Part shown: in pieces, positions 37,861 to 49,900 of the stretch | Layout of the letters: every line of letters begins with the position of its first letter | How positions within the stretch are numbered: position 1 is the first letter of the stretch | Assembly: GCA_040954595.2 (NCBI GenBank) | Contig: CM082577.2 | Location: 7,899,846-7,963,845, forward strand | Reading direction: 5' to 3' | Length of the DNA: 64,000 nucleotides | From: Balanoglossus misakiensis | Taxonomy: Eukaryota > Animalia > Hemichordata | Position numbers and translations under genes: made by a program | The notes under the pieces: generated by a model | Database searches by the model: none | What the model saw: the letters and a program-made list of their open reading frames with translations, nothing else | What the model was told of the DNA's origin: nothing

Positions 37861-39506
37861 CTTCAAGGCACTTCAGCAGAGGACGTGACATCGCTTGTTA
37901 GTTCTTGGAACTGGCGGCACTCCTTACACAAAGCGCATTTGCAATTGTTGACGTGCTGTCATCTAAAAACATAAACAAGGGAATAGCATGTATACAAAGT
38001 AAGTTTTGGGGAATTTTTAATGAAATACCCATGCTTAAACATTCATTGGTTGATCTACAGAATGCTATCGAACCCGACTTTATTTAATATTAAAATCAGC
38101 ACGGTTACAGTACTATTGGGTCAAAAAAACGTCGAAATCAGGTCCAATAATCAATATCATTCAACGTAAGCTGATTACCAGGCCCAGGAAATAAATAAGA
38201 GAAAATATAATGTGATCATTATCATGAAACCGGGAAAATTCGGAGGAAAGAAATGGTTATCTTCCACGGAGACTTGTCAAGGAGAAAAAGATACCTGTTG
38301 AAACGTATTTGCATAATTTGTGACATCAGAGAGGTTTTAATAGAAGGGGTGGTGTTGTAGACTACGCCACGAGCACATCAGCATACCTGATGTAAGCCCC
38401 TTGTTTCACAACACTATCGCAGACAGCACAAACGGCCCACACCGACATATGTTCTTTGCACATATTTCACATAACCACACAAAAAGCTTTCAAAAGGTTC
38501 GTGTCAGCCTCGTGTATTCTTGATAAAGGTCACCTAATGTCTAGATCGACAGTGACCACGATCGTCGACGCTGCAGCACGAGTGAGAGACTGCAGACCCG
38601 GCAGTGTCATTCTTACCTTATTGGTTGTGAGCGGGTACGCACATTTTCTAGAACATAATTTCAAAACGAACAGTAGGGATGTCTTGAATTCACGTCAGAC
38701 CACGATGCCAGGTACAGTAATCCACGCATTTCAAACTACGTGTACTTTCACTGTCGAGACCGTAAACAATGGCTTCCTTCGATGGCGAATGGCTTTAATA
38801 CTGCATTACGTAACACGTACCGTATTACGTAACTTTTCATAGGCTCGGACGTATGTGGGTTAGCTCTTGCTGACTCTCATAGACGTGAGCCACTTCCGAA
38901 GAGAACATCCAATAATCAGCAAATGTACTCAGATTGCGTGTAGGCCTACAGTGTGATAATGTCATGCTCATATTTTTCGATACACTTGTATTTTGCTGAC
39001 AGCATTTGGTGATCATGAACGGTGTCCGAATGGTGGGCAAATGTAATAGTCATTATTATGAATAGTGGCCCTACAGAGTTAGATTGCATCCCATATTGTA
39101 TAGATTCTATCGTGCATATATTTTCTCGTTTAAACTTCAAGATGGAAAGGTTTTTTAAGTGGAAATACTGAATCGTGGAAAAAAATACATGCAAGAAACA
39201 ACCGGAATCACACTCTGCCATCCATACACAAAAATCACGTGCACAAGATATATTTTTTTGCATTTTGCTAATTTTATTTCCGATTTATGATCCCAAGTAA
39301 AGTATCTGCCGTGAAATTGAACTTCACCGACATTACATTAGATGTTGAAACCGGATAAAGAAGAACAGGACAGATGCGTAATTTCAGTAAAGTCAATAAA
39401 ATCTATACCTTGTCCCCATGGATTACTTGAGTGTGAATAATAAGAGTTAGTCTGATCAGCTCAAGAATTCTTAAGCAAGTGTAGCCAATTCCATTTCTTT
39501 GGGATT

Positions 39507-42500
39507 TCACAGTGGACAACTGTAATAAAGTGATAATAAAACATAATTTTTACTATTGAGGACAATCATATCTGAGCTCTTCTATACACGGGCTGCATTA
39601 CGATAACCAGAGCATGCGCAATGCTCTGTACAACCTCCATTTGTGGAGAGTCCGTAGTTCAATCAGTCATATTCCGCATGGGACCATCCGACAGAAAATG
39701 GGTCATTGCGTTCAATTCACACCTATAAGCTTGTTTGAAAGAATCTGAAATTTGACCTACCTTCCGGGGACGAGCCAACTCTCGGCGAACTCTGTCGCAT
39801 TGAATGTCTTTGTACCGTCCGACTTCAACATGTCGTGTCCCTTGGATTTGGTTCCATCGCCCAATATCCCGCACAGTCTGCCGTTGAGGTCGTCGTCGCC
39901 AACGGAGACTAGAGCTTCGTGATCTTTCCCGATCCATTCCAAGGAAATCGAGTGCTTGTTCAGGTACAGACTGACCCTATCGTCGTATACTTGGATGCGT
40001 CCAAGTCCCTCGCCGATTTCCTTCTCGTGTTCTTTGATTGGCCTCCCGTTCATCTGGAGATGATAGAAAGATTGCAAAATATTCATTCGTTAACGCGTCA
40101 GGAAATTTTTACCAAGTGCACCCTTGTCTTGGTCTGACGCCGGTTAGCATTTTCAGAAGTTTCACAACGAACATCCCATGGATCATAACACTTGTTCATT
40201 GCTGTCGGAAACTATGAAAACAGCTTATTCAGACCTCGCCACCAAATACCAATGTTTTGCACTTCAGCGAAAGACATAAGTTGTGTACGGCTGGCCTACA
40301 CGTCGAAGAATACTGACTTCGAATTGTGATTAAACCATTATTAAAATTGCTGCTTAACGATTTTTGTAGGCAAAAGATGGCTAATGTATAAACAGAAAAC
40401 GAACCAGCACAGTGAGATCTTCAAGGAATGAGTACGTGTCACGCCCATTCACTGTTGTATGGACAGCGACCATTCTTGTCGGTGCCTCTTTGGGGTGATA
40501 GCGTCCACGGAAGTCAGCAGTGATTTCAAAAGAGGGCGTGGTTGCACTGCAATCTTTCACCAAAGTGTAACTACAGTAGCCGTTGAAGTTGTATTTCGTC
40601 CCACCAAAGGTGAGCATATGGGGGTCCTTCCAACCAATTCCATTGGCACCTCAAAGGTAGAAAGTGTCATAGGTGATACAAACAAACAAACAAACAAACA
40701 AACAAACAAACAAACAAACAAACAAACAAACAAACAACACTTTTTACTGTTTTGACGCGACGATCACTTGTATTTTTGTACGTTTGCGTGTGTGTGCGTA
40801 CGTTCGTGTGTGGGGTGTGGGTGTATACTAGTAGATTTAATAATTATGATATATACTTACATTTAATAATGATGATATAACCATGATATTGAACCATCTC
40901 TTCTATTTCCCAGTAGAGAATGTAATCGTCCAGACAGCTTGGCACTTCGAAGTGTTTCGACAGAAGCTTAACGTTTGCGACTATTTCCATGGAAATGTTG
41001 TATATAACTTCGTTGGTCGAAATTCTTCTGAGAACGCATCTGATGTGAACAACTGACGTTGACAGACAATAGAAGTCTGCCCGCACTTTTCGGGTGTAAC
41101 ACGTGTCCCAGACTATGATCATCACGAAACCTAGACGAAAAGAACACTCAAGTTTAGAATCGAGGCCCATGATGCAGCATTCTCCCGGCATTCTCCCGTA
41201 CAGAGATTGTGGCTAACCTAGATGGTCAGACTACTGAGCCGGGCCAACTGAAAATCGGCGAGACCCCTTAGCTAGGTTAAAAGTATCAATGATAGTCTCT
41301 GTGTGGGGAATGGGGAAGCAGTTCATGTATGGCATTTTTTCTAGACGGATGACAAGGAATTTGTAAGAGATAGTTCGAGATGCTCACGTGGATCATAGCA
41401 GCAGACGTGGCCAGGTTCTGAGCATCGGGCAGGCATGCTGTACTTGGGATGTGTCATGCAGTCTTGGCGACGCACGCAGTTTCCAAATTCCTTATCACAG
41501 GCAATATTATCTGTAAAGACAAAAATGTCGCATTTACTCTTGTTACTGCATTCTGTAATTTGACGCATCACAATTTCTTCACTGATGTTTCTCGGCTCCA
41601 ATAATACCTCGTCGTTATGGTTACCGCAGGGAGCAAGTCTATCAAAGGAGATGGTTAAATTGTAGAATATATGTAATGCACTATACCTTTGGGTGGTCTG
41701 CAACATTCTCCCACGTCACAACTGCCGGGCATAGAGTTGTGTTCAGGACAATCAACCATACATGTGGCGGTGGTGTTGTCCGGCAGCGCGCCACAAAGAT
41801 TGCCTACAAATTGAATCAAGATAAATTTGTATGGAGTAAGTGTGGATGTCCACATTTGTAACGTCGCATCGTTCACAAATTGGCATAGCGAATGTTTTGT
41901 GTTGAGAGAGATCGAAAGAGAGAGCGAGAGAGAGAGAAAGAGAGAGAGAGAGAGATCGAGAGAGAGAGATAGAGAGAGATAGGAGATCGAGAGAGAGAGA
42001 GAGAGAGTACAGACCGACCGACAGACCTACAGTGAGAAAGAGACAGAAAGGGAGAAAGAAGAAATTAACAAAAAAATACTACACCGGGTTCGAAGCAGCA
42101 ACTCTTTCCTTCGCCGCAACGATATGGCGTGCTGTACTTCGGCGATCCGCAGAGATCTATGTCCGTACAAGCTCCACCATATGGAGCACACGCTGTATCA
42201 TCTGTACGAAAAAAAAGTTGATAATAAGATAAGTGCGGTGATTATGGGCAACTATCACTGTATTAACATGAGCATAATTGCATATGACTTAACACATGTA
42301 GTACACTAAGATGCTGATGTAGCAAGCATCTGTAGCAAGCATTTAATACTTCTACACTCTTTCCACAAACAAAGGAACTTTCTAGTTCACATCCACGCTG
42401 TGTGTGGTTTGTCCGTTTCTCTTACATTATGAAATGGAATTGTTGGGATATTTTGAACATAAGGCTGCATTCACAAACACCTCTGGAGGGGGGGGCGGGA

Positions 42501-43857
42501 GAATTCAATTTTTTTTACCGCTAATTTTCACATGCCCCCCTTCCGAACTGCCAATATTTTCAAATCCCCCCCTTCCGAACTGCCAAAATTTTGAAATCCC
42601 CCCCCCCATTTTCTTTCACAGAGCAAAACATATCACCTATCTATCTTGTAAAAAGAACAACAGTGCTCCCATGAGAAGAATTTGAAACTGATGTTTCCCC
42701 TCATCAGTGGGTATTAAAACTGAACATTATTTTTATTTTTTAAGTACATATATTTGTATTCTGTGTTGGGAGACATTGTAAACCGAGAATTGAAGGGGTG
42801 GGTTTGGGAGGGGGTGTCCCCCTCCCACGTAAGAAAATTTTCTAAAATACAGAGCTCAAAGCTGCATTTTAATGAACCCGGCAAAAGCAAATTAACTCAA
42901 CTACCAGTATGTTGGGGAGGACAAATTTAACCGTCGCCGCTCAAAGTTATCATGGGGTGGGGCAAGTCCCCTGACCTGGGACACTAGATAAACCAGTCAA
43001 TGATTGAAAGGTGTTGAAGAATGGAGGGGGTGGGTGTGGGAGGGGGTGTCCCCCTCCCACATTAGAAAATTTTGTAAAATAAAGGGCGCGAAACTGCATT
43101 TTTGTGGACTCAAAATAAATATTTAGTCGTTAAAGTTTTCAAGTCCCCCCCTTTCAGTCCCTAAATTATTTCAAATCCCCCCCTTACATACCCTCAGTTT
43201 TTTCAAATCCCCCCCCCTCAATTCTCCTGCCCCCCCCCCTCCAGAGGTGTTTGTGAATGCAGCCTAACATCATTAAAAACATCGGAAAGTATATCTTTGT
43301 GTATGACGGGTGATTTGAATCGTGGAAAACCCACCTGTCGATGGTTTGCAGCACTTGCCCTGTTTGCAATCTCCGTCCTCGATACGGTTGAAAGCAGGAC
43401 AGCCGACCACACACTGCGAGCCCGGAAAGTCAGCACTGCAGTCTTCCGGCTCCATGACCTCTTTTGGAGACCGAAAGCAAATTAGAGTGCAGAAAAATTA
43501 GTCAAATACAGCGATTAATTTATTCTTTTCATATCACAATGATTAACTGACATGGCTCTAATGTAATCCTCTACAAAAAGATAACGGCAAACTTAACCCA
43601 CGGATTTCTCATTTGCACACTTTTATGCCAACTCAAACGTTTAAGTATTCAGTCTTGCACTTATGTAGCCTATACTTTTCGTCAAGAACTGAATACGTGT
43701 ACAATAGTAGACCCAAATTACAATGTGGTTTAAACTGCTATGAACATGCGATACCTACCTCGCTTTTCTATGTCTCTCTTCTTAGAAACAGTCTGTAAAA
43801 TGATCAACGAAAAAAAGCTTGAAACATATGCGCATTAATTGTTCTGGGGTAGTTATT

Positions 43858-43899
<42 letters not shown>

Positions 43900-44171
43900 G
43901 GCAGGCAGGCAGGCAGGCAGACAGACACACCCTAGTTTCAGTCTCAGTTGCTAAAAGAGTTATTGTAAGACAGACTGTGTTCAAAAATAAACGTTCAAGG
44001 AATCAGTAATCCTGGTGTTTATATTTGATATTGAGCCAAAGAGCTAGTCGTGACCGACACAGCAATGCGTCAACACATACGATCGGTGTTCTTGCACGAA
44101 GGGGATATACTCACACGGGCATTTGCAAGACCAGCGAGTAGAGCGACAAATAGAACTAATTGTGGCTTCAT
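39507..44171 (-). CDS. Secreted protein A: signal peptide, KR propeptide, 4 beta-defensin-like Cys6 modules, beta-rich domain, vWD domain (10 exons)
   Basis: Exons: MKPQLVLFVALLAGLANAR (44171-44115); TVSKKRDIEKR (~43792-43759); four Cys modules (~43460-43335, ~42201-42085, ~41803-41687, ~41510-41387); GFVMIIVWDTC...; CANGIGWKDPHMLTFGGTKYNFNGYCSYTLVKDC; LCGILGDG...FAESWLVPG; SCPL* (39519-39507). Phases checked at the ends and at several internal junctions. TATA box at ~44255. Confidence 0.85.
40678..40735. repeat. (AAAC)n microsatellite
   Basis: Visible run. Confidence 0.95.
41905..42007. repeat. (GA)n imperfect microsatellite
   Basis: Visible run. Confidence 0.9.
42463..43264. mobile_element. 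Non-autonomous PIF/Harbinger-type DNA transposon (MITE), ~800 bp
   Basis: TIR ggctgcattcacaaacacctctggagggggggg / ccccccctccagaggtgtttgtgaatgcagcc. 3-bp TAA TSD at 42460-42462 and 43265-43267. Internal repeats gggagggggtgtcccctcccac (x2) and ttcaaatcccccc. No transposase ORF. Confidence 0.88.
43858..43926. repeat. (AGAC)n/(AGGC)n microsatellite
   Basis: Visible run. Confidence 0.93.
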
Positions 44172-46072
44172 CTTGAATCGGTGTCTCGGTGGCAAGTAAC
44201 GCTTTCTCTTCTCCGTCCGATCACACTAATGCAAGTGAATTTTTTTACCATTATTTATATCCCAGTTTACTTACATTATGTTACCACATGTGTCAATAAT
44301 AATGTAAATCATGATTCTGTAAAACCCACTCCGAAAACTGCTGTGTCTCGCAAACCTAAATCTTTACGACGGTATAACCCCATTTTCTTGTTTTCAGAAG
44401 TTCCGTGAAAAAATAAATGTGTGTAATACGTTCACCAGAAATCACATTATTTTGCAAACGGGAGTTGATATACCATCATTTTTTTGTTTTGGGAGTCCTT
44501 TGAAAACATGGATGTAAAGTGAATGGTTTTCCCGAAATCCGATTAATTGCAAACAGCCGTTACTGAGTGGTCTTGTGGTCACAACCTAACATGTATTCAC
44601 ATGACACATATGCCCATTTTCTTCACTTAGCGCCCTTGTGCGAACACGGGAGCACATATATCTATTTACAGTCAAATTGATGACACATTGATGCTAAATA
44701 GACAACTATTCGTGTAAGTGCTATTGGGAAATGAAAGAAATCCACTCAATTTTCTCAAAGGAATGTTTACAATTCCTCGTTTCGTTTTGAACTACTTTAT
44801 ACATGTAGTAAGCGAAGACAAAGCTCTAGGCCTAAAACATATAGGATTCACACTCGAGAAATTGGATATTGAATTTGCATACAGTCATGTTAAAAATATG
44901 CGATTCGAAGCGCCCGCACACGACGGATTCTTTCAGTATATATTCAGAGACCAATTGTGCCCCCGTGTTTTGAAAAAAACGTCTTTTATATGCAAATACT
45001 AACTGTGTCCTTATTGTACCATTCCATCTTTTATAACGGGTCTACCCTTGTTACATATGTCGAAATATGCAAACGCGGTGCGGGTGGAAAAAATGTGCCA
45101 TCGACCTAGAAAAAGTACAGAAATAGAGACAATTGAGTGCAGACATCCAGGATCGCTTCTAATGAACCCCGGCCTGCTCTGTCGTTGGGAAAATTTGTGA
45201 GAGTGATAAATAATGTACTGCATTTTCTCTTCCTGGGTCCACTTCAAAAACAACATCGAGAATTCTAAAAACGAGGTGTGCTTGGATGTATTGCATAAAA
45301 TATTTAAAGTTTACGCACATAATTGATAGATTTAACAGGAAAAAGGGACACCTTGTCTTTTTGGAACAACTTTTTTTACAACACATCGTTCATGTATATT
45401 GGCTTTTCCGGTGCATCTTTGTATGGACATTTCTAATTGTGTAAGTAAACTAACATGCATCACATCACGATGCAAGAAAACTCATCATTTTTTCACTTTT
45501 GGTCATGCTACTAACCGCGTCATAATATAGACGATTGACTAGTGGCCGCATACATATGTGTTTTGACGTTTCATCTGCGGCGGAATTAAGGTAGCTGTTT
45601 TGATTAGGAAGCGGCAAACAGAACCGGGTTAATCCGCCACAGCTTGGTTGCTGATACAAAATATGCAGGGAGAATATCAAAGGTTTTATCATGCTTAACA
45701 GCGGTGTCTGGGGGTGTGTGCATTCTTTCCGAGTTGCCCCTTTCTTGAGTGTTGGCGTCTTCATTGTCCTTATTGCAGGGCATGTGTGCACACTCATTTT
45801 AACTTCATGCCATGTCTTCCAAACGTGTTGGGAGGCCTTCGCGAATCTGTTCGGGTTTTGTCAGTTGATGTGAAGAGACCGGAACACGTGTATATAGATT
45901 TCAACGCCGATGACTTTATTTTAAAAGGACCAGCCATAGAGGACAAAAAATAATCTGCAGGATAAAGAAATTTTTAAAAAGGACTTTCATTCTCTTTCCT
46001 CTCAATTTCTGTCGTCCACTGCATTTATTCTCTCTCTTCTGTCGCGTGCATTTGCCCGAAATGCAAAATGCA

Positions 46073-46198
46073 AGAGAGACAGAGACAGACACACATAGAC
46101 AGACAGACAGAGAGACAGATAGACAGACAGAGAGACAGAGAAAGAGGGGGATAGAGAGAGGAGGGGTGAGAGAGACAGACAGAGACATAGAGAGAGAG
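46073..46198. repeat. GA/GACA-rich low-complexity repeat
   Basis: Visible run. Confidence 0.85.
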
Positions 46199-46970
46199 CT
46201 ATCTTGTCGCCACTAGAGCAGAGCCATCAACAAAACAGTCAGCCCCGAGATGTGTCAGCCCCTAATCTCACAAAAACACCTTACGGTTTTGATATGTACT
46301 AAAGTATATCAGATAAATGTACGTATGTATGGTGGTGTCAGAGACTTCATCTATACTGCAATCTGTTCGCTATTTCTTTATATAAACACAGATACTCTAA
46401 GTCTCACCAACAATGGCCACTCACATCTGTGCCCATGTGTCTACATGCTCGTGTCGGTGGCTCGACCAGTCTCCCTTCAGAGAGCAACTCCTTGGCAGGC
46501 GAAAATGATGTGTCTGTGTGTCCCCGAGTGTGACCAAGAGCACGCGAGTCTCTGATTCTCCACTCTGTTTGTTTGTATGCGTTCATTCTACTCATGCGCA
46601 AAATAGACAAGGCCGACGTCACTTCTAATAAAGTGGACATTTGCCGTAAAGTATTCAATCTGAATCTAAAGCAAAGGCAATCTCTCTTGCACCATATCAT
46701 ACATTATTCATATCACGTGTGGACGCATTCAGTTGACATTTAGTTTTAATCACAGTAAATTAGTAAATTACATACCATGAAAGTAAAATCATAAGCGTTG
46801 CTCCAGACGATAAAGTATGATAAGAGAACAAACAACCAGAAAATGAACAATTTTCAATTCATTCAACTTTGACTGCTTCAGTAAGCCAAACTAAAATAAA
46901 CATGCATCTTCTTTCTTACATGACTATAGGCTGTCTATGGCTGTAGCTGTCGATCCAAGTCCTTCGGGAT

Positions 46971-49900
46971 TTAATTTGGACAACTGAAACAAAATTGAGA
47001 GAAAATATGTTTGTGATACGTTATTGATTGCATAAATCAAGTCTGGACTTGAATTCACTTTTCACTAATATCACAGTTGACTGTACACATGCACTCTCCG
47101 CCATCATCGTCCATAAGGCAGTCGACCAAAGGGTAAAGTGCTCACTATAGACCTACATCTAAAAAATCAAACCTAACGTTTGACCTACCTTCCGGGGACG
47201 AGCCAACTCTCGGCGAACTCTGCCGTGTTGAAGGTCTTCCTACCATCCTTCTTCATCAAGTCGTGTCCCATGGACTTGCTTCCGTCGCCCAATATCCCGC
47301 ACAGCTTGCCGTTCAGTTCGTCGTCGCCAACGGAGACCAGGGCTTCGTGATCTTTCGCGATCCATTCCAAGGAAACCGAGTGCTGCTTCAGGTACAAACT
47401 CACCCTGTCGTCAGAGATGCGTATGTATCCAATGTCGTCCTCGATTTTCCATTCCTTCTTCATTATTGGGAACCCGTTGACCTGAGGACGACAGATTGAT
47501 CGCTTAAATCGAAGTGTACTTGTACAGTCACGATGTTCTATTGCGAGGGTTTGATTTTTATGCGCTTAAAAGAATGGATTTTGGAATGTTTACATGGAAG
47601 GGCGTCACTTTCGCCAATGGTTGTTTTCACAGAACAACTTTTACTGACAACAAAATCGACCTCTGATTCTTTAAAAAAAAGTTTTAACGATAATTATAGT
47701 TTGTTTCAATAGTGCTGATAATAGATTTTGAGAAAGAAAAGGTCGTAGACCTAATGGCAAACGCAAAGTGGTATAACGAACCAGCACAGTGAGATCTTCA
47801 AGGAATGAGTATGTGTCCCGCCCATTCACTGTTGTATGGACAGCGACCATTCTTGTCGGTGCCTCTTTGGGGTGATAGCGTCCACGGAAGTCAGCAGTGA
47901 TTTCAAAAGAGGGCGTGGTTGCACTGCAGTCCTTCACCAGAGTGTAACTACAGAAACCATTGAAGTTGTATTTCGTCCCACCAAAGGTCAGCATATGGGG
48001 GTCCTTCCAAGTTACTCCGTTGTGACCTTGAAATTAAATGACCGTAAAACTGTCATTGGTGACAACGTATAACAATACTATAATGACGTCAGTTAAAACA
48101 GGTCCTATTAAGATGGTATGTATGTATGTATGTATGTATGTATGTATGTATGTATGAATGTATGTATGTATGTATGTATGTATGTATGTATGTATGTATG
48201 TATGTATGTATGTATGTATGTATGTATGTATGTATGTATGTATGTATGTATGTATGTATGTATGTATGTATGTATGTATGTATGTATGTATGTATGTATG
48301 TATGTATGTATGTATGTATGTATGTATGTATGTATGTATGTATGTATGTATGTATGTATGTATGTATGTATGTATGTATGTATGTATGTATGTATGTATG
48401 TATGTATGTATGTATGTATGTATGTATGTGTAACTGTGCGTATTTGATATTCATTGGTTGATTAATTGATGGGTGTATGAATGGATGAATACTTACATCT
48501 TTGGAGTGTGGCATACCCGTTATGCTCAGGTTGCTCTACGATTGACCAATATAAAACGTAATCGTACACAGAGTTTAACGACGTGAAATATTTCACCAGT
48601 AGACGAATATTTGCGGTTATTTCTAGTCTAGCTTCGTAGACCACTTGGCCCGTTGATGCCATTTCAATTCGGATGTCGACATTAAGAGGTGAAGTTGAAA
48701 GACAATAAAATTCTGCTCGAATTGTATGGTTGGTACACGCATCCCAGAAGAGTTTCATCACGAAACCTGCAAATAAATGAAGGATATAAATATTGACCTC
48801 AAGACTCATGGCTCATGTGCATGTGCATGGTATATTGCGTTGCATTACAAGTGACAGTGGTTTTTCGCGGGCCTATATCGCTGTATCCCCATTCCAAGCA
48901 GTCCCCATTCTATCCAACATCAACTTGAGAATAACCCCACCATACTCCATCCAGTACATGCACGGGGAGCGATGTGACCGTTGGCCGAATTTCTCTTCTT
49001 TATCGGGATGACCATTCCACATACCCCCGCGAATTTTCTATATACTGGCGGATGGGGGTGAATCAGCGGAGACTCGCCCTCATCACAGAGGAGACTGTTC
49101 GTAAAACATACACGAAAACTTTTTCGCGACGAATGTATACGAGAATTTGTCAGACACTGAAAGCAATATACTCACGTGGATCGTAGCAGCAGACATAACC
49201 AGGCTCTGAACACCGATTCGGCATACTATACTTGGGATGCTGCGTACATTCATTGCGCCTCACGCAAATTCCCTGGTCACATTCGCATGGATTGTCGTCT
49301 GTTAACGCATGATAAGTTGAAGAAAAGCATGAAAAGGGGGGAAAGTATTTCCAATTGCATACGAAATAGCTATGTATTGGTACCCCAACAATGCTCTGTA
49401 TGATTGGCCCAGTAATGTCCAAGCGCCTATATAGCAGAGAGGGTTCCTCTCAGAGACGACAACTGAATAACTTTTCTCTTCCTACCAGATACCTGGTTTT
49501 ACAAACTTAAGGAACGTCCCTTTCCACCCCTCCAACATAATTTGCTTCGCTCGCTCATAAATTTTGAAACGTACTTTTAAGTTTGTGTCGTCTTCTTATG
49601 AACTTACATGTAGATATACCCAGATTCTTTTTACAAATGTACTTTTTAAAATCACAGTTCGATAAACAGACTGAGATGTTTCGCGTGTATCGAAAATGCC
49701 TCGTAGTTTACACACAGAGAGTACAAGTCTACCCGAAAACAAATGACTATATGTATACACACTAACCTTTTGGTGGTCTGCAACATTCTCCCACGTCGCA
49801 ACTACCGGGCATAGAGTGGTGTGGCGGACAATCGACAATGCATGTGGCCGTCGTGTTGTCCGGCAGCTGGCCGCAAAGGTTGCCTGCAAATTGCACCCAG

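Noticed and set aside
39659-39722. Alternative last exon RCELNAMTHF... for gene A
   Set aside because: It would need a ~38-nt intron. The homologous SCPL*/SCPN* exons in both paralogs are better supported.
45864-45953. Exon-like DVKRPEHVYIDFNADDFILKGPAIEDKK* on the + strand
   Set aside because: I could not link any upstream exons or recognise homology.
48089-48514. MYVC/HTYI repeat ORFs
   Set aside because: Translations of the (TATG)n microsatellite.
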